64,000 nucleotides of DNA, from the NCBI GenBank assembly GCA_965222075.1, contig OZ244937.1, forward strand, positions 4,512,001-4,576,000, given 5' to 3'. The notes beneath the pieces are model-generated. The model saw only the letters and a program-made list of their open reading frames with translations, did no database searches and was not told where the DNA came from. A program made the position numbers and the translations under genes. Shown here piece by piece: positions 57,059 to 64,000 of the stretch. This DNA comes from Candidatus Latescibacterota bacterium. Its GTDB lineage: Bacteria; Latescibacterota; UBA2968; GCA-2709665. Every line of letters starts with the position of its first letter. Within the stretch, counting starts at the first letter, position 1.

Positions 57059-58051
57059 CTATTCCATAACCGGCTCTTTCTGCCTCGTTCTGAGGATGCA
57101 GGCAACGCTGTGTCTTCCACCGATGTCGAGGAGGTCGGGGACGACGCGGGTGCAGGCCTCCTCCCGTTCGGGACAGCGGGGATGAAAGGGGCATCCGGGC
57201 GGTACGTTGGCGGGACTGGGGACGTCGCCCGGAAGCACGGTCCGCTGCCTTTTGACCCGGGGATCGGGAATGGGCACCGCAGAGAGCAGCGCCCGGGTGT
57301 AGGGGTGCTGCGGGTTTGCGTACAGGGCCTGGCTGTCTGCGATTTCGACAATGCGCCCCAGGTACATGACGGCCACCCGGTTAGAGATGTGCTCCACCAC
57401 GCTTAGGTCGTGGGCCACAAAGAGGTAGGTGAGCCCGAACCGGGCCTGGAGGTCCTGAAGCAGGTTGATGATCTGGGCCTGGATGGAGACATCGAGCGCC
57501 GAGACGGGTTCATCGGCTACGATAAACCGGGGGTTGACCGCGAGCGCCCGGGCGATGCCGATGCGCTGGCGCTGTCCGCCGGAAAATTCGTGCGGGTAGC
57601 GGCGGGCGTAGTCCGGCCTGAGGCCCACGGTTTCCAAGAGGTCGGCCACGCGGTTGTGGAGGTCATTCCCGTTTGCCAGCTTGTGGATTTTTAACGCTTC
57701 TGTGAGCATTCCTCCTACGGTCATCCGGGGGTTGAGGGAACTGTAGGGGTCCTGGAAGATGATCTGTATCTGGCGCCGCATGGCCCGGAGGTCCTTCCGT
57801 TTAAGCGTAAGCACATCAACGCCGTTAAAGCGGACCTGGCCTTCTGTGGCTTCGATCAGGCGGAGGATGGTTCTGCCCGCGGTGGTTTTCCCACACCCGG
57901 ACTCGCCCACCAGGCCGAGGGTTTCCCCCTCCTGGATGGTCAGGGAGACGCCGTCTACGGCTTTGACCTGCCCCACGGTCCGGGAAAAAATGCCCCGGGT
58001 GATGGGGAAGTATTTCTTGAGGTTGCGGACTTCCAGAAGCGGTTGGGACAT
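57059..58051 (-). CDS. oppF: Oligopeptide/dipeptide ABC ATP-binding protein (OppF/DppF type)
   Basis: [48 protein letters not shown]. Confidence 0.93.
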   Translation of the reverse strand: MSQPLLEVRNLKKYFPITRGIFSRTVGQVKAVDGVSLTIQEGETLGLVGESGCGKTTAGRTILRLIEATEGQVRFNGVDVLTLKRKDLRAMRRQIQIIFQDPYSSLNPRMTVGGMLTEALKIHKLANGNDLHNRVADLLETVGLRPDYARRYPHEFSGGQRQRIGIARALAVNPRFIVADEPVSALDVSIQAQIINLLQDLQARFGLTYLFVAHDLSVVEHISNRVAVMYLGRIVEIADSQALYANPQHPYTRALLSAVPIPDPRVKRQRTVLPGDVPSPANVPPGCPFHPRCPEREEACTRVVPDLLDIGGRHSVACILRTRQKEPVME

Positions 58052-58053
58052 GC

Positions 58054-59055
58054 TCAGGTCGATTCGGCAACGGGTGAAGCGGGATATCCTTCCGCCATCC
58101 AGCATGCCACGGCGTGTCCCCCGTTGATTTGCAGCAAGGCCGGTTCCTGTTCCCGACAGATGGCCCCGGCATTTGGGCAGCGGGGGGAAAAGCGACAGGC
58201 TTCCGGGAAGTGGACGGCGTCGGGCACGGTGCCGGGGATGACCGAGAGGCGTTCTTTCTGTTCGTTCAGTTTGGGCACCGAGGCCAGAAGCCCCCGGGTG
58301 TAAGGATGCCTGGGATCGGTAAAGATTTCCTCCACGCCTCCGGTTTCCACGATTTTTCCGGCGTACATGACCGCCACCCGGTCTGCGACTTCGGCGATGA
58401 TGCCCAGGTCGTGGGTGATCATCAGGACGGCCATCCCGAAATCCTGCTGGAGCTGTTCTAAGAGTTCCAGGATCTGGGCCTGGATGGTTACGTCCAAGGC
58501 GGTGGTCGGCTCGTCGGCGATGAGGATGTCGGGGGTGCAGGAGAGGGCCATGGCGATCATGACCCGCTGGCGCATGCCGCCCGAGAGATGGTGGGGGTAC
58601 TCATTCGCCCGCCGGGCCGGGTCGGGAATGCCTACCTTCTGGAGCATGTCCACGGTTTTTTCCCGGGCGGCCGCTCTGCCGAGGCCCTGGTGGCGCACGA
58701 CAGCCTCGTCAATCTGGCTTCCGCAGGTGAAAACCGGGTTGAGGCTGGTCATGGGCTCCTGGAAGATCATGGCGATGTCGTTGCCCCGCACATCGCGCAT
58801 GTCGTTCTCGCTCAGGCTTAAGAGGTCGCGCCCTTCGAAGCGGATTGCGCCCGATACGATTTTGCCCGGGGGCTGGGGGACGAGGCGCATCATGGAGAGG
58901 GAAGTGACGCTTTTTCCACATCCCGACTCTCCCACCAATCCCAGGGTTTCCCCTTTTTGAAGGGTGAACGACACGCCGTCCACCGCCTGGGCCACGCCGA
59001 CGTGAGTATAGAAGTAAGTTTTTAATTTTTGGACTTTTAGAAGAAATTCCGACAT
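58054..59055 (-). CDS. oppD: Oligopeptide/dipeptide ABC ATP-binding protein (OppD/DppD type)
   Basis: [46 protein letters not shown]. Confidence 0.93.
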   Translation of the reverse strand: MSEFLLKVQKLKTYFYTHVGVAQAVDGVSFTLQKGETLGLVGESGCGKSVTSLSMMRLVPQPPGKIVSGAIRFEGRDLLSLSENDMRDVRGNDIAMIFQEPMTSLNPVFTCGSQIDEAVVRHQGLGRAAAREKTVDMLQKVGIPDPARRANEYPHHLSGGMRQRVMIAMALSCTPDILIADEPTTALDVTIQAQILELLEQLQQDFGMAVLMITHDLGIIAEVADRVAVMYAGKIVETGGVEEIFTDPRHPYTRGLLASVPKLNEQKERLSVIPGTVPDAVHFPEACRFSPRCPNAGAICREQEPALLQINGGHAVACWMAEGYPASPVAEST

Positions 59056-59149
59056 AGATCTCCGTCGAATTTTTCACCGGACTCTACGACATTGTTAGTT
59101 GGACTCCCGGCACCCCTGTTGCGTTCCCTTTTTGATCCTTCAAACGTGT

Positions 59150-59181
59150 TCTCGCTTCCCACTTCACGTTTCTCGTTTCAC
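59150..59181 (+). repeat. Degenerate heptamer array (TCACGTT-like)
   Basis: tctcgct tcccact tcacgtt tctcgtt tcac. Confidence 0.55.
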
Positions 59182-59185
59182 AGTT

Positions 59186-59920
59186 TTAGAAGAAGGGCAG
59201 GTTGAGGTTCAGCCAGTCTTCTAAGAGAAAGCCGACCCGGCCGATGAGGAGGGAGAGACGGGCCATAATCGTATATCCGAACGATGCGCCGAAGGAGACC
59301 ATCAGGAACCAGATGCCGACTCTGGAGGCGGCCCCGATGGCACCGGTGTGTTCGACTGAGAAGAAGAAGTAGATCAGGACTGTTACCACACCGATGAGGA
59401 TGATCAGCAGGTTCAGGCCCTCCAGGCTCCAGCTCAAGGGCTTGAGGGTCGGCTCGATCTGGGCCAGGAGGGCGGCGGAGATGATCCTGGGAATGCTGAA
59501 GCCGGCCCCCAGCCCCACGAAGAAGGCGAACGCGGTCCGGCTGGGCCACCCGAACCTCCGGGAGAATCGGGTAAGCATCAGGATGCCCAGCAGGGTAGGG
59601 ACGATCAGCCACCAGTCGATTGTTCCGGAGGCATCCACGCTGAGGCCGAAAAACGTGGCGATAATTTCGCCATACAGCGTTGGGTACCATACCTGACCGA
59701 AGGTGTAGCCCGCTGCAATGCCCACGTAGACGTGTTCGGCAAATTTGAACAGCGGGTTGTCCCTGTAAAGGAAGCTGTAGAGGGCCAGCGTGAGTCCTGC
59801 AGCCACAATAACGCCGAGGCCCTCCCAGTTCGCCGTGAGGGCGCCGGTGATCAGCAGGAGACCGTTGACGAGGACCAGGAAGAGGATAAAGCCCAGGAAG
59901 AGGACGGTGTCGCGGTTCAT
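59186..59920 (-). CDS. Uncharacterised polytopic membrane protein
   Basis: About 7 TM segments; YSFLYRDNPLFKFAEHVYVG and YFFFS..H...FGASFGYTIMARLSLLIGR. ATGA overlap with the upstream gene. Confidence 0.85.
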   Translation of the reverse strand: MNRDTVLFLGFILFLVLVNGLLLITGALTANWEGLGVIVAAGLTLALYSFLYRDNPLFKFAEHVYVGIAAGYTFGQVWYPTLYGEIIATFFGLSVDASGTIDWWLIVPTLLGILMLTRFSRRFGWPSRTAFAFFVGLGAGFSIPRIISAALLAQIEPTLKPLSWSLEGLNLLIILIGVVTVLIYFFFSVEHTGAIGAASRVGIWFLMVSFGASFGYTIMARLSLLIGRVGFLLEDWLNLNLPFF

Positions 59921-60768
59921 GGCCGGGCCCTCCCGGATGGATTGCCGGACCTGGAGGACCGGCGTTGGAGAAAGTACATGAGGTTGCCCAGTATAATAAA
60001 GAGAATGATGACAAGATGGGTGACCGACTGCGGCCGCATCCCGGTGGTGGCCGTTCCAGTCCGTTTGACCAGCGCTTCATACTCGGCCGCGCCGGCCAGG
60101 CCGCCAACGAGGCCCACAAGCTGCTTTGACTGGAGGTAGGGGAAGAGGTCGGGTGCGATGACTGCGGTGCATCCGGCGCCCAGCGGGAATTTGTACTTTT
60201 CCTGGCCGTAGGGAATCCAGATGCCGTCGATCGTGGCTCCGGCCGCGAAGTCGAACACAAAGCCGAAGTCCTTCAGCGTGCGCAGGTTCCGGGTGACCGC
60301 CAGGCTGTCCGTGCGGGCACCTGTGAAATCCCGGGGGAAGGCGCTGTGGAGGTCCTGGCCCATATTGATCACGACGCTGGCTCCCCCCGGTTTGTATCCC
60401 ATAAAAGCGTAGTCAACGCCGGAAGTCTTGCCGAACTCTTTTGCGGCCGTTTCCAGGGCCTTCTGTGCCAGGCCGGGGGCGTCGGGCCAGAGGCAGACGG
60501 CCACGACTTTGACGTTGCGGCTGAAGCAGTGGCGCAGCAACGCGAGGGCCATCGGCTGGAGCTCGGGTTCGGACCCCGGGCCGTAGTCGAAAGCGAGGAG
60601 CGCAGTGCCGCCATCATCGGCCGTTCGCTCGATTTCCCGGTAGACCGCCCGGACGGTGGAGGTCGGCTTGATGGGGAACGTGAATTCGGCCAGCAGGGGG
60701 ATGAGAACCCCCAGAAAGACGAAGACAAAGATGATGCGACGGTCCAGGTTCATCAGACGTTCGGTCAT
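59917..60768 (-). CDS. Uncharacterised membrane protein (TM - alpha/beta domain - TM)
   Basis: DRRIIF, DYGPGSEPELQPM, GVDYAFMGYKPG, CTAVIAP..PYLQSKQLVG.VGGLAGAAEYE. ATGA overlaps on both sides. Confidence 0.85.
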   Translation of the reverse strand: MTERLMNLDRRIIFVFVFLGVLIPLLAEFTFPIKPTSTVRAVYREIERTADDGGTALLAFDYGPGSEPELQPMALALLRHCFSRNVKVVAVCLWPDAPGLAQKALETAAKEFGKTSGVDYAFMGYKPGGASVVINMGQDLHSAFPRDFTGARTDSLAVTRNLRTLKDFGFVFDFAAGATIDGIWIPYGQEKYKFPLGAGCTAVIAPDLFPYLQSKQLVGLVGGLAGAAEYEALVKRTGTATTGMRPQSVTHLVIILFIILGNLMYFLQRRSSRSGNPSGRARP

Positions 60769-61421
60769 TCCTCACCTCCTCCGATATAGGCACGCTCGAT
60801 GCCTAAAATGATCCGCAGGGAGGTGGCGATGGCCCCCAGGCTCACGCCCAGGAGAATGCCCCGCTTGGCGGCCAGGTTGGGAACAGCCATCAGCCACTGG
60901 GATGCCTGGGGGATGAGATCGGAGATAAAGGCCCCGATGGGCACGCGCCCCAGCATAACTACCACGGCCGCGACCAGGAGGATAGCCGCCTCGGGGGTGC
61001 GCGCCCGGAAGGTCCGGTAGGCCGCCGAGGCGATGAAGAAGGCCAGGATGGAGAACATGGTGGCGCCGGCGGGCACCTGCACGTGGAGGAAAAGCCACTG
61101 ATAGCCCCCTGTTTTCGCCTGGGCGCTGAAGGGGCCGTGTCCGTCGTTGTAGAGGACAAAGAAGAACATCAGGGCGAAGCTGATGTAGACGATGAGGCTG
61201 TAGCCCCACCCGGCCTGACGGCGGCGGATATGCCCCCAGTGGAGGTTGAGCAGGCTGAAGAGGCCCAGAAAAAAGGCGAAGGCAAATACGATCCGCAGCC
61301 AGAGGGAGAGTGTTTTCTCCAGGTTTTGGGCATCGGCGTGGGGGATGTAGTAGATGGCAATGCCGATGATTCCAAAAACAAAGGCGATGATCAGCGGAAG
61401 GGTGCGTCTTAAGAAGAGCAT
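60765..61421 (-). CDS. Uncharacterised polytopic membrane protein
   Basis: About 6 TM segments; ATMFSILAFFIASAAYRTFRAR, MLGRVPIG, RGILLG...SLRIILGIER. Confidence 0.85.
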   Translation of the reverse strand: MLFLRRTLPLIIAFVFGIIGIAIYYIPHADAQNLEKTLSLWLRIVFAFAFFLGLFSLLNLHWGHIRRRQAGWGYSLIVYISFALMFFFVLYNDGHGPFSAQAKTGGYQWLFLHVQVPAGATMFSILAFFIASAAYRTFRARTPEAAILLVAAVVVMLGRVPIGAFISDLIPQASQWLMAVPNLAAKRGILLGVSLGAIATSLRIILGIERAYIGGGEE

Positions 61422-61431
61422 AGGCCCCTCC

Positions 61432-62649
61432 TTATGATGGTGTGAACATATAGGTTAGAATGGGGTATCCAAACGTGGCCGCCAGCGTGCCCACGATCAA
61501 TACGAAAAGCAGAATGGTCTTGCCAACATCCTGTCCTTTGAGGCTTCCCAGCAGCTTGGGCTCGCGCGCCAGGTAGGCGCTGGCCGCGTAGAGTTCCTCT
61601 CCCATCAGGGTGTAGTCGCAGGTGGTGACAAAGAAGGGAAGTTGGGTGTAGGAGTCGGTGCCGGCGATCTGGATGGCCCCAATGGAGGCTCCGGTTTCGG
61701 CCAGGAGCAGGGACTCGGCGTAGAAGTAGCCCATCATGATGTTCGTCGCAGGACGCTCACGGACCATCATGCCCTCCACAGCGGCCGCATAGCTGAACTG
61801 GTCTGTGGCGGCTAAGAAGACGCTGTCGGGGTTGAAGGCGTCCGGTCGGCCTGCATCCAGATAGGCCTCTTTGACCACCTCCTGGCTTACGGCCATCACC
61901 ACAGGATCGTAGTTGGCCACCCGCAGGACGGTGTCGTATTCGGCGGTTCTGTGGGCGACCTGTCCCAGGATGTTTACGGCCGCGATGGTCGAGACGCTAT
62001 CCATGCCGGCCAGGCCGTGGGCAAAGAGCACGGGTTTGCCCATTTCGGTGGCCCGGCCCAGGGCCTCGTCCAGGGCTTCTAAGCCGGCGATACGACGGAT
62101 GTAGAGATCCCTGCGCCTGGCCAGGGCGATATAGACCAGGATGATGATGGAGAAGACAGTACCCAGGATAAAGTTGTTCAGTTTCGCCCAGTTGAAGAGG
62201 TTGCCGTAGGCCTGGGCCTGGACGACCGTTGTGCCCTCGGCGACCGCCTCTGCTATCTGTACGTCAATTCGGGCGTAGTAGGACTTTTTGTCTTTAAGGG
62301 AGACCTTCCGGGGTTCTTCTCCCGGAATCGTATACCCGCCGAAGTGTACGAAGTGATAGTTGCTGTTTTCCGCCTTATGGCCGAAGGTGGCCGGATCGTC
62401 GGACATCAGGTTGCCCGCTGCATCGACCTCGGCCGCGGGATAGAACAGGCCTTCCCGGGACTCGGCGACCAGAATCCGGTAGACCGTCCCCGGAGGTGCC
62501 GAGCCGGACCGGGGCCAGGTGAGGGTGATGCTTTTGCCCGCATCGTTGGGGGTGTCGAAGGCCCTGACTTCAGCAGGGGAAGACACCTGCTGGGCGGCGG
62601 CTTCGACGGTTCCCACAAGGAGCGCCAGGGAGAGGGTGAGGTATTTCAT
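61432..62649 (-). CDS. Signal peptide, FnIII-like domain and DUF6754-like domain membrane protein
   Basis: ATG at 62649 with SD GGAGG; DTPNDAGKSITLTW; TM; IRRIAGLEA..EA.GRATEMGKP, AESLLLAETG, QLPFFVTTCDYTLMGEELYAASAYL; C-terminal TM. Confidence 0.8.
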   Translation of the reverse strand: MKYLTLSLALLVGTVEAAAQQVSSPAEVRAFDTPNDAGKSITLTWPRSGSAPPGTVYRILVAESREGLFYPAAEVDAAGNLMSDDPATFGHKAENSNYHFVHFGGYTIPGEEPRKVSLKDKKSYYARIDVQIAEAVAEGTTVVQAQAYGNLFNWAKLNNFILGTVFSIIILVYIALARRRDLYIRRIAGLEALDEALGRATEMGKPVLFAHGLAGMDSVSTIAAVNILGQVAHRTAEYDTVLRVANYDPVVMAVSQEVVKEAYLDAGRPDAFNPDSVFLAATDQFSYAAAVEGMMVRERPATNIMMGYFYAESLLLAETGASIGAIQIAGTDSYTQLPFFVTTCDYTLMGEELYAASAYLAREPKLLGSLKGQDVGKTILLFVLIVGTLAATFGYPILTYMFTPS

Positions 62650-62663
62650 TTTATGCCTCCAGA

Positions 62664-62751
62664 CCCCTCTCCGATGCGGAGAGGGGAGAAAACGGGGCTT
62701 CCAAAAAGCAAGGTGGAGAGCCCTGCTCCCCCTTCCCTGCAGGGAAGGGGG
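62664..62751. repeat. Two C/G-rich palindromes
   Basis: cccctctccg-atg-cggagagggg (62664-62686) and the perfect 24-bp cccccttccctgcagggaaggggg (62728-62751). A related element lies at 53290-53304. Confidence 0.75.
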
Positions 62752-62764
62752 CCGGGGGGGTAGG

Positions 62765-63892
62765 TCATTCTTCGATGCGTTCCACATTCGCCCGGGGGAC
62801 GATCGCCCGGACGCCGTCTTCAAACTCGACTTCCAGCACACGTACCAGGGTTTCCGAGTCTACTTTTCGAAGCTTGGCAGGCAGCGCGGTGACCCGGCCG
62901 ATTTTTCCGAAATAGGGGGCCCGAATCGCCCGCAGCAGCGCACCTGGGGCGAGTCCTTCCCGGGCTGCTGCGATGTCTGCGGGAGGGCGTGCCAATCCGT
63001 CCGGGTCCGGGATGATGATTTCGGGGCGCAAGACACCCGCCCGGATCTGGGTGGCACCCGAGATCGAGGCCTCCTGTCCGACGCGCTCTTTGAGGATCTC
63101 GAAGGTTTTGCGGGCGATGGCGATTTCGCCGAATCCTTCGGTTACGATAACGGTGAGCCCGGTCTCCTCCGTGCCTGTGATCGCGACCCCCAGGTCGTAG
63201 CCGAGCAGGTCGCGCAGGTCCCGGTCGCGTATGCCCCCGCCGATGAGGCCGATGGCGCCTGTTTCCTGCGCCCGGCGAACGGCTTCGAGGGTGATCAGGC
63301 TCCCTCCGACGACGATTTTTCCCTCACAGGCGTCGTCGATCTGCTGTGCCCTCAGGATCTGGTCGGGCGCATCCACCACGGGGTGGAGCGTGCCCCAGCG
63401 CTCGCCTCCCACCCCGAAGATGCCCTGGAGAAACGCGCCGCTTGTTTCTATGACCACGCCTTCGCCGGGGATGATTTCCGAAACGGTTCCGTCGACATAG
63501 GCCCGGACCTGGACCGGGCGGGGCGATTCGCGGAGCATGACCTGGCCCGTGACGGGCGAGATGCTTTCCACGGTTCCGGAAACGGGGGACTCGACCGTTG
63601 TTTTGAACCATTTGACGAAGGGGTGGGTCTCGGCAAGGGGTTCCCCGGCCTCCACCGGGTCGCCCTCTTTTTTGAGCATATAGGACGAGAGTTCGTCGGG
63701 GGTGACGCCGAGCCGGTTGACCAGGTTCAGGGTGGTCACGTTTCCGGGCAGGTCGGTCCGGGCCACGACCTGGTCCCGCCGGACGGTTTCCCCCTGGGCA
63801 ACCAGCACATCGCCCGCAAGGGGGAGCTGCCGGCGTTTTCGGACGGTGGCCTGCCGGGTTACGCGCAGGCCGGGGGTGTATGCGTGGGCCAT
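62765..63892 (-). CDS. Uncharacterised soluble protein (MAHAYTPGL type) with barrel-sandwich hybrid-like motifs
   Basis: GDVLVAQGETV..DQVVA, KKEGDPVEAGEPLA, SPVSGTVESI, LQGIFGVGGE, VTEGFG, GATQIRAGVLRPE, R.PYFGKIG, VPRANVE. Confidence 0.85.
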   Translation of the reverse strand: MAHAYTPGLRVTRQATVRKRRQLPLAGDVLVAQGETVRRDQVVARTDLPGNVTTLNLVNRLGVTPDELSSYMLKKEGDPVEAGEPLAETHPFVKWFKTTVESPVSGTVESISPVTGQVMLRESPRPVQVRAYVDGTVSEIIPGEGVVIETSGAFLQGIFGVGGERWGTLHPVVDAPDQILRAQQIDDACEGKIVVGGSLITLEAVRRAQETGAIGLIGGGIRDRDLRDLLGYDLGVAITGTEETGLTVIVTEGFGEIAIARKTFEILKERVGQEASISGATQIRAGVLRPEIIIPDPDGLARPPADIAAAREGLAPGALLRAIRAPYFGKIGRVTALPAKLRKVDSETLVRVLEVEFEDGVRAIVPRANVERIEE

Positions 63893-63899
63893 AGTAGAA

Positions 63900-63927
63900 A
63901 ATGTGAAACGTGAAACCGTAGACGTGA
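63900..63927 (+). repeat. Degenerate heptamer array (AACGTGA-like), inverse of the 59150 array
   Basis: aatgtga aacgtga aaccgta gacgtga. Confidence 0.55.
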
Positions 63928-64000
63928 AGGTTTGTTTTTGTAGGGATGAGCCCCCGTGTCCGTCCTGGTGGGGTGCGAGGGGCCGTTTGCCGTTTGCCGT

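Noticed and set aside
59178-60260. 360-aa alternative-frame ORF overlapping the membrane cluster
   Set aside because: Pro/Arg-rich with no motifs; the overlapped frames give coherent, coupled membrane proteins.

Overview
A GC-rich, gene-dense stretch of bacterial chromosome read with the standard code 11 (TGA ends many genes). Outer-membrane proteins indicate a diderm. Gene content and intergenic repeat style suggest an FCB-group or related candidate-phylum genome such as Latescibacterota; this is inference only. Most of it is housekeeping: rsmD, fused glyQS, a murC-like ligase with ldcA, aroA, dnaE, mltD-mreD-mrdA-rodA, mtnA, rsfS, pyrC-carA and glnB-glnE. There are also glycosylation genes, an aldolase/Fe-ADH/LarA-like module, a peptidase-propeller-Omp85 protein and oppD/oppF. 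No rRNA, tRNA, CRISPR array or intact transposase was seen. Two observations stand out. (1) A small DUF5069-like gene (4128-4412, minus strand) is missed by the ORF track. It has an in-frame TGA where homologs, as I recall them, carry a Cys, followed by a SECIS-like hairpin, so it is a candidate selenoprotein. (2) An uncharacterised five-gene membrane cluster (59186-63892) contains an MAHAYTPGL-type protein, a DUF6754-like protein and three membrane proteins. It lies directly upstream of OppD/OppF ATPases that have no permease in the window and an Omp85-peptidase, making it a candidate novel transport complex. Also seen: a frameshifted GT-C/TPR gene, an ISAzo13-like remnant, a 60-bp duplication of the larA-like 5' end, and several REP-like and heptamer repeat families. 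All family assignments come from recalled motifs, not database searches.
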